NCBI RefSeq assembly: GCF_009914755.1
Contig: NC_060927.1
Length of the DNA: 64,000 bases
DNA from: the human T2T-CHM13v2.0 reference genome, Homo sapiens
Strand: one strand, 5' to 3'
The notes beneath the pieces are model-generated. The model saw only the letters and a program-made list of their open reading frames with translations, searched no databases and had not been told where the DNA came from. Made by a program: the position numbers and the translations under genes. Below, in pieces: positions 59,953 through 64,000 of this stretch (the stretch's first letter is position 1; each line of letters starts with the position of its first letter).

Positions 59953-61908
59953 TCTTTTTTTCTTCAACTTTTATTTTAAGTTCAGGGGTACATGTGCAGG
60001 ATGTGCAGGTTTGATATATAGATAAACTTGTGCCATGGTGATTTACTGCACAGATCATCCCATCACCCAGATATTAAGCCCAGCATCCGTTAGTTATTTT
60101 TCTGATGCTCTTCCCCACCACCAGCAGGTGCCCAGTGTGTGTTGTTCCCCTCAAAACAATGTGTCCATGTGTTCTCCTCATTCAGGTCTCACTTATAAAT
60201 GTGAACATGTGGTGTTTGGTTTTCGGTTCCTGGATTAGTTTGCTGAGGATAATGGCTTCTAATCCTATCCATGTTCCTGCAAAGGACATGATCTCATTCC
60301 TTTTTATGGCTGTATAGTATTCCATGGTGTATAAGTACCACATTTTCTTTATCCAGTCTATCATTGATTGGCATTTAGCTTGATTCCATAACTTTGCTAT
60401 TGCAAATAGTGCTGCAATAAACATGCACATGCATGTATCTTTATAATAGAATGACTTATATTCTTTTGAGTATATACCCAGTAATAGGACTATTGGGTCA
60501 CATGGTATTTCTGCTTCTAGGTCTTTTAGGAATCGCCACACTGTCTTCTGTAATGGATGAACTAATTTACACTCCTACCAGCAGTGTAAAGGCATTCCTT
60601 TTCCTCTGCAACCTCACCAGCATCTGTTGTTTTTTGCCTTTTTATTAATAGCTATTCTGATGGTTGTGAGATGATATCTCATTGTGGTTTTGATTTTCAT
60701 TTCTCTAATGATCAGTGATGTTGAGCTTATTTTCATATGTTTGTTGGCTGCATGTATGTCTTCTTTTGAGAAGTGTCTGTTCATGTCCTTTGCCCACTTT
60801 TTAATGATCTTTTTTCATGTAAATTTGTTTAAGTTCCTTGTAAATTCTGGATATTAGACCTTTGTCAGATGGATAAATTGCAAAAAATTTCTTCTATTCT
60901 GTAGGTTGTCTGTTCACTCTGACTTTTGTGCTCTGCAGAAACTCTTTAATTAGATCCCATTTGTCAATTTTTGCTTTTGTTGCAATTGCTTTTGTTGTTT
61001 TTGTCATGAAATCTTTGCCCACGCCTATGTCCTGAATAGTAGTGCCTAGATTTTCTTCTAGGGTTTTTGTAGTTTTGAGTTTTACATTTAAGTCTTTAAT
61101 CCATCTTAAGTTAATTTTTGTATGTGGTATAAAGAAAGGGTCCAGTTTCTATTTTCTGCATATGGCTAGCTAGTTCTCCAAGAATCACTTATTAAATAGG
61201 GAATCCTTTCCCCATTGCTTGTTTTTGTCAAGTTTGTCAAAGACCAACTGGTTGTAGGTGTGTAGTCATATTTCTGAGTTCTCTATTCTGTTCCATTGGT
61301 CTATGTGTCTGTTCTTGTACCAGTACTATGCTGTTTTGGTTACTGTAGCCATATAGTATAATTTAAAGTTGAATAGTGTAATGCCTAAGGCTTTGTTCTT
61401 TTCGCTTACAATCGACTTGGCTATTCGGGCTTTTTTCTGTTTCAAATGAATTTTAAAATAGTTTTTTTTCTAATTCTGTGAAGAATATCCAACAGTAATT
61501 TAATGAGAATAGCATTGAATTTATAAATTACTTTGGGCAGTATGGTCGTTTTCCTGATATCGATTCTTCCTATCCATGAGCATGCAATGTTTCTCCATTT
61601 GTTTGTATCCTTTCTGATTTCTTTGAGCAGTGGTTTGTAGTTCTCCTTGATGAGGTCCTTCGCTTTCATTTTTAGCTGTATTCCTAGGTATTTTATTATT
61701 TTTGTAGCGGTTGTGAATGGGAGTTCATTCATGATTTGGCTCTCTGCTTGCCTGTTGTTGGTGTATAGGAATGCTAGCAATTTTTGCACATTGATTTTAT
61801 ATCCTGAGACTTTGCTGAAGTTGCTGAAGAAGCTTTTGGACTGAGATGATGGGGTTTTCTAGAGATAGAATCATGTCATCTGCAAGCAAAGATAATTTGA
61901 TTTTCTCA
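59953..61908 (-). mobile_element. Older L1PA (PA10-PA16-like), 5'-truncated, about 1.95 kb
   Basis: 3' end 'ttcaggggtacatgtgcaggatgtgcagg...cagatcatcccatcaccc'; ORF2 remnants at 60182-60541 and 61442-61789. Confidence 0.92.
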
Positions 61909-62999
61909 GGCCAAGATAATATTTTTTAAAAAGAAGAAAATCACAAAACTTGCCTAATTGATAGCAGTACATAATAGAAATTTGCAGAAATTAAAAAGTA
62001 TGGTAATGATGTGAGAATAGACAAAATAATTAATGGAGAAGAACAGAGAAACCAGACTTTGACTCATGTGATGAGAATTGAGTATATGATTAAGGAGGAG
62101 AAAATATGGATAAATTAATAAAGTTATTGCTGGTATAATTGATTATACAGTGAGAAAATACAGTTATACCGCTCCTTTTATCACAAACACAAAAAATCTA
62201 GATGTATTTTAAAATGAAATGTATTTTTAAAAATTAATCAAGTACTAAGCCCAAATGTAAATGATTATTACATAATCTTAACAAGAATAAAAGCACTGTG
62301 GAATCCAGAAGCCATAAAGGCAAAATTTGATAGATTTTACCACTAGAAACAAACAAAAACAAAGCAAAACTTACTTCCATATGGCAAATACAATATAAAA
62401 AGATAGTCCATCAAAAATATTTGCAACTTTTATACGACAAGGGGTATAAACATCTATACTACCTAATGAGCTTGGGAAAACTAATAAGTAAAATCAAGCA
62501 ATCCAAGAGAAATGAAATTGCAAAAATGTATTACAAGAAAATAGATGTGTGGGCATAGTCTTTGAACCAAACTTATGAGTCATGTTTTACTCAGCATTAA
62601 AACCAGCCTAGGAAAAAAGCCATAATTATACTCAGCTAATGATTATCAGCTGAGGAAAAACATACAACGCATAGAACATGACTCATTTGTGAGAGGCAGT
62701 CACCATCATTTTACAACACAGTGACTGGAAAGTGATTAAAGATGCATAATGTGAATGATGCCTAAAATTTCCACCCTTACAGAAGCTGCCGTAAAATGCC
62801 ATACTCTAGTTAAGCTTATGGAGAGGGAAACTAGCTCTAGAGAAAAGTACTAAGATTATTTGTGCTTTTAGCTCTTTTGTCTCAGAAGGGTGTCCTCTTA
62901 TACTTCTGTTTTCTCACAAAAAATGCTCACCAAAATTGTAATCTGCTTAGAATGTAGTTGAAATGCCTCACTGGAGGAGCCTGAAGAATTGGGTTTCTT

Positions 63000-63430
63000 C
63001 TTTTTTTAGTAGATTTAATTTTTCAGAGCAGTTTTAGGTTCAGAGCAAAATTGAATGGAAGGTACAGAGATTTTCCCTATACTTCCTCCCCCGCCACATA
63101 CACAGCCTCCCCAACTATCACCATCCCCAATCAGAGTGATACATTTATTACAATTAATGAACTTACATTGACACATAATTATCAAAGTCCATAGTTCACA
63201 TTAAGGCTCACTCTTAGTATTGTACATTCTATGGGTTTGCACAAATTTATAATGGCATGTATTCAACATCATAGTATCACAGAGTAGTTTCATTGCCCTA
63301 CAAATCCTCTGTTCTCTCTGCTTCACATATTCACTCTTTCCTTCCACTTAACCCCTGAATTTTTACAGTCTCCACTGTTTTGCCTCTTCCAGAATGTCAT
63401 ATACAGTAGCTGGAATCTACAGTGTATATG
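63000..63430 (-). mobile_element. L1MB 3' end
   Basis: 'agagcagttttaggttcagagcaaaattgaatggaaggtacagagat' and 'aaagtccatagtt'. Confidence 0.85.
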
Positions 63431-63914
63431 ATTGGTTCTGTTTTTAAAGCTGCAATTTATTACCTGTGATTTGTGAAATGTTGTTAACTTACCTAAGCTC
63501 CTTGGATGTTGATTTCCTCACCTGTGAAATGGTGACAGAGGACTTGCTCTGTCCTGGGACAGCTGTGAATGTTGGACCATGCAGCAGTGCTTTGGAAATG
63601 GCTGCACTCTAATAAAGACCACAGGGAGGAGAATAAACACAAGCTTTTGAAGATGATAAAAGTCACTTCTAAAGACTGAAATTTTGTGGTCTGTTGGAAA
63701 AGTTTGGACAGGATAGGGTATACATTTGTTTCCTGGTTTATACAGAAAAACTGGAATATAGAGATTGAGATAACTTACTTAAATGCATACACTGGGTCAC
63801 TTTTCATGTGTACATTTTCTGTAGACTATTCTAGCAATATCTATATTCATTAAAACAACAAAAGGAAGCCAGTCATTGCATCTTTACTTTTCAAATCACA
63901 TTTTATTTGGAAGG

Positions 63915-64000
63915 TGTTGCAGGCTGAATTGTCTCCTCCAAATTTACAAGTTGAAGTCCTAATCTCTAGTACTGCAGAATGTGACTATATTTAGAGATAG
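63915..64000 (+). mobile_element. MLT1A/B LTR 5' end (runs off the window)
   Basis: 'tgttgcaggctgaattgtctcctccaaatt', 'gttgaagtcctaatc', 'gaatgtgact'. Confidence 0.8.

Overview
Primate, most likely human, non-coding genomic DNA that is AT-rich and repeat-dense. I find no credible protein-coding exon, RNA gene, CpG island or CRISPR-like array. Every ORF in the track with a recognisable product comes from an Alu, an L1 or a simple repeat. The window holds about 18 Alu copies or fragments, a near-full-length old L1 (about 48.6-55.1 kb, minus strand), two 5'-truncated L1PA copies, old L1M/L2/MIR fragments, ERVL/MaLR LTRs and DNA-transposon MITEs. Repeat subfamily calls come from recalled consensus motifs, not a database search. 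The most notable signals are fossil rearrangements that can be read from broken repeats: (1) a ~1.25 kb inversion that split one Tigger3a into oppositely oriented halves; (2) an inversion with a 137-bp, ~96% identical inverted duplication through an MLT1/Alu junction; (3) a MER41-type LTR fragment polyadenylated at its own AATAAA; (4) an L1 whose 3' end is replaced by foreign polyadenylated sequence; (5) a trimeric Alu; (6) several fold-back or templated-insertion scars; (7) a 450-nt polypyrimidine tract. A few repeat-free stretches carry motif clusters suggestive of enhancers. I see no evidence of a new multi-gene biological system.
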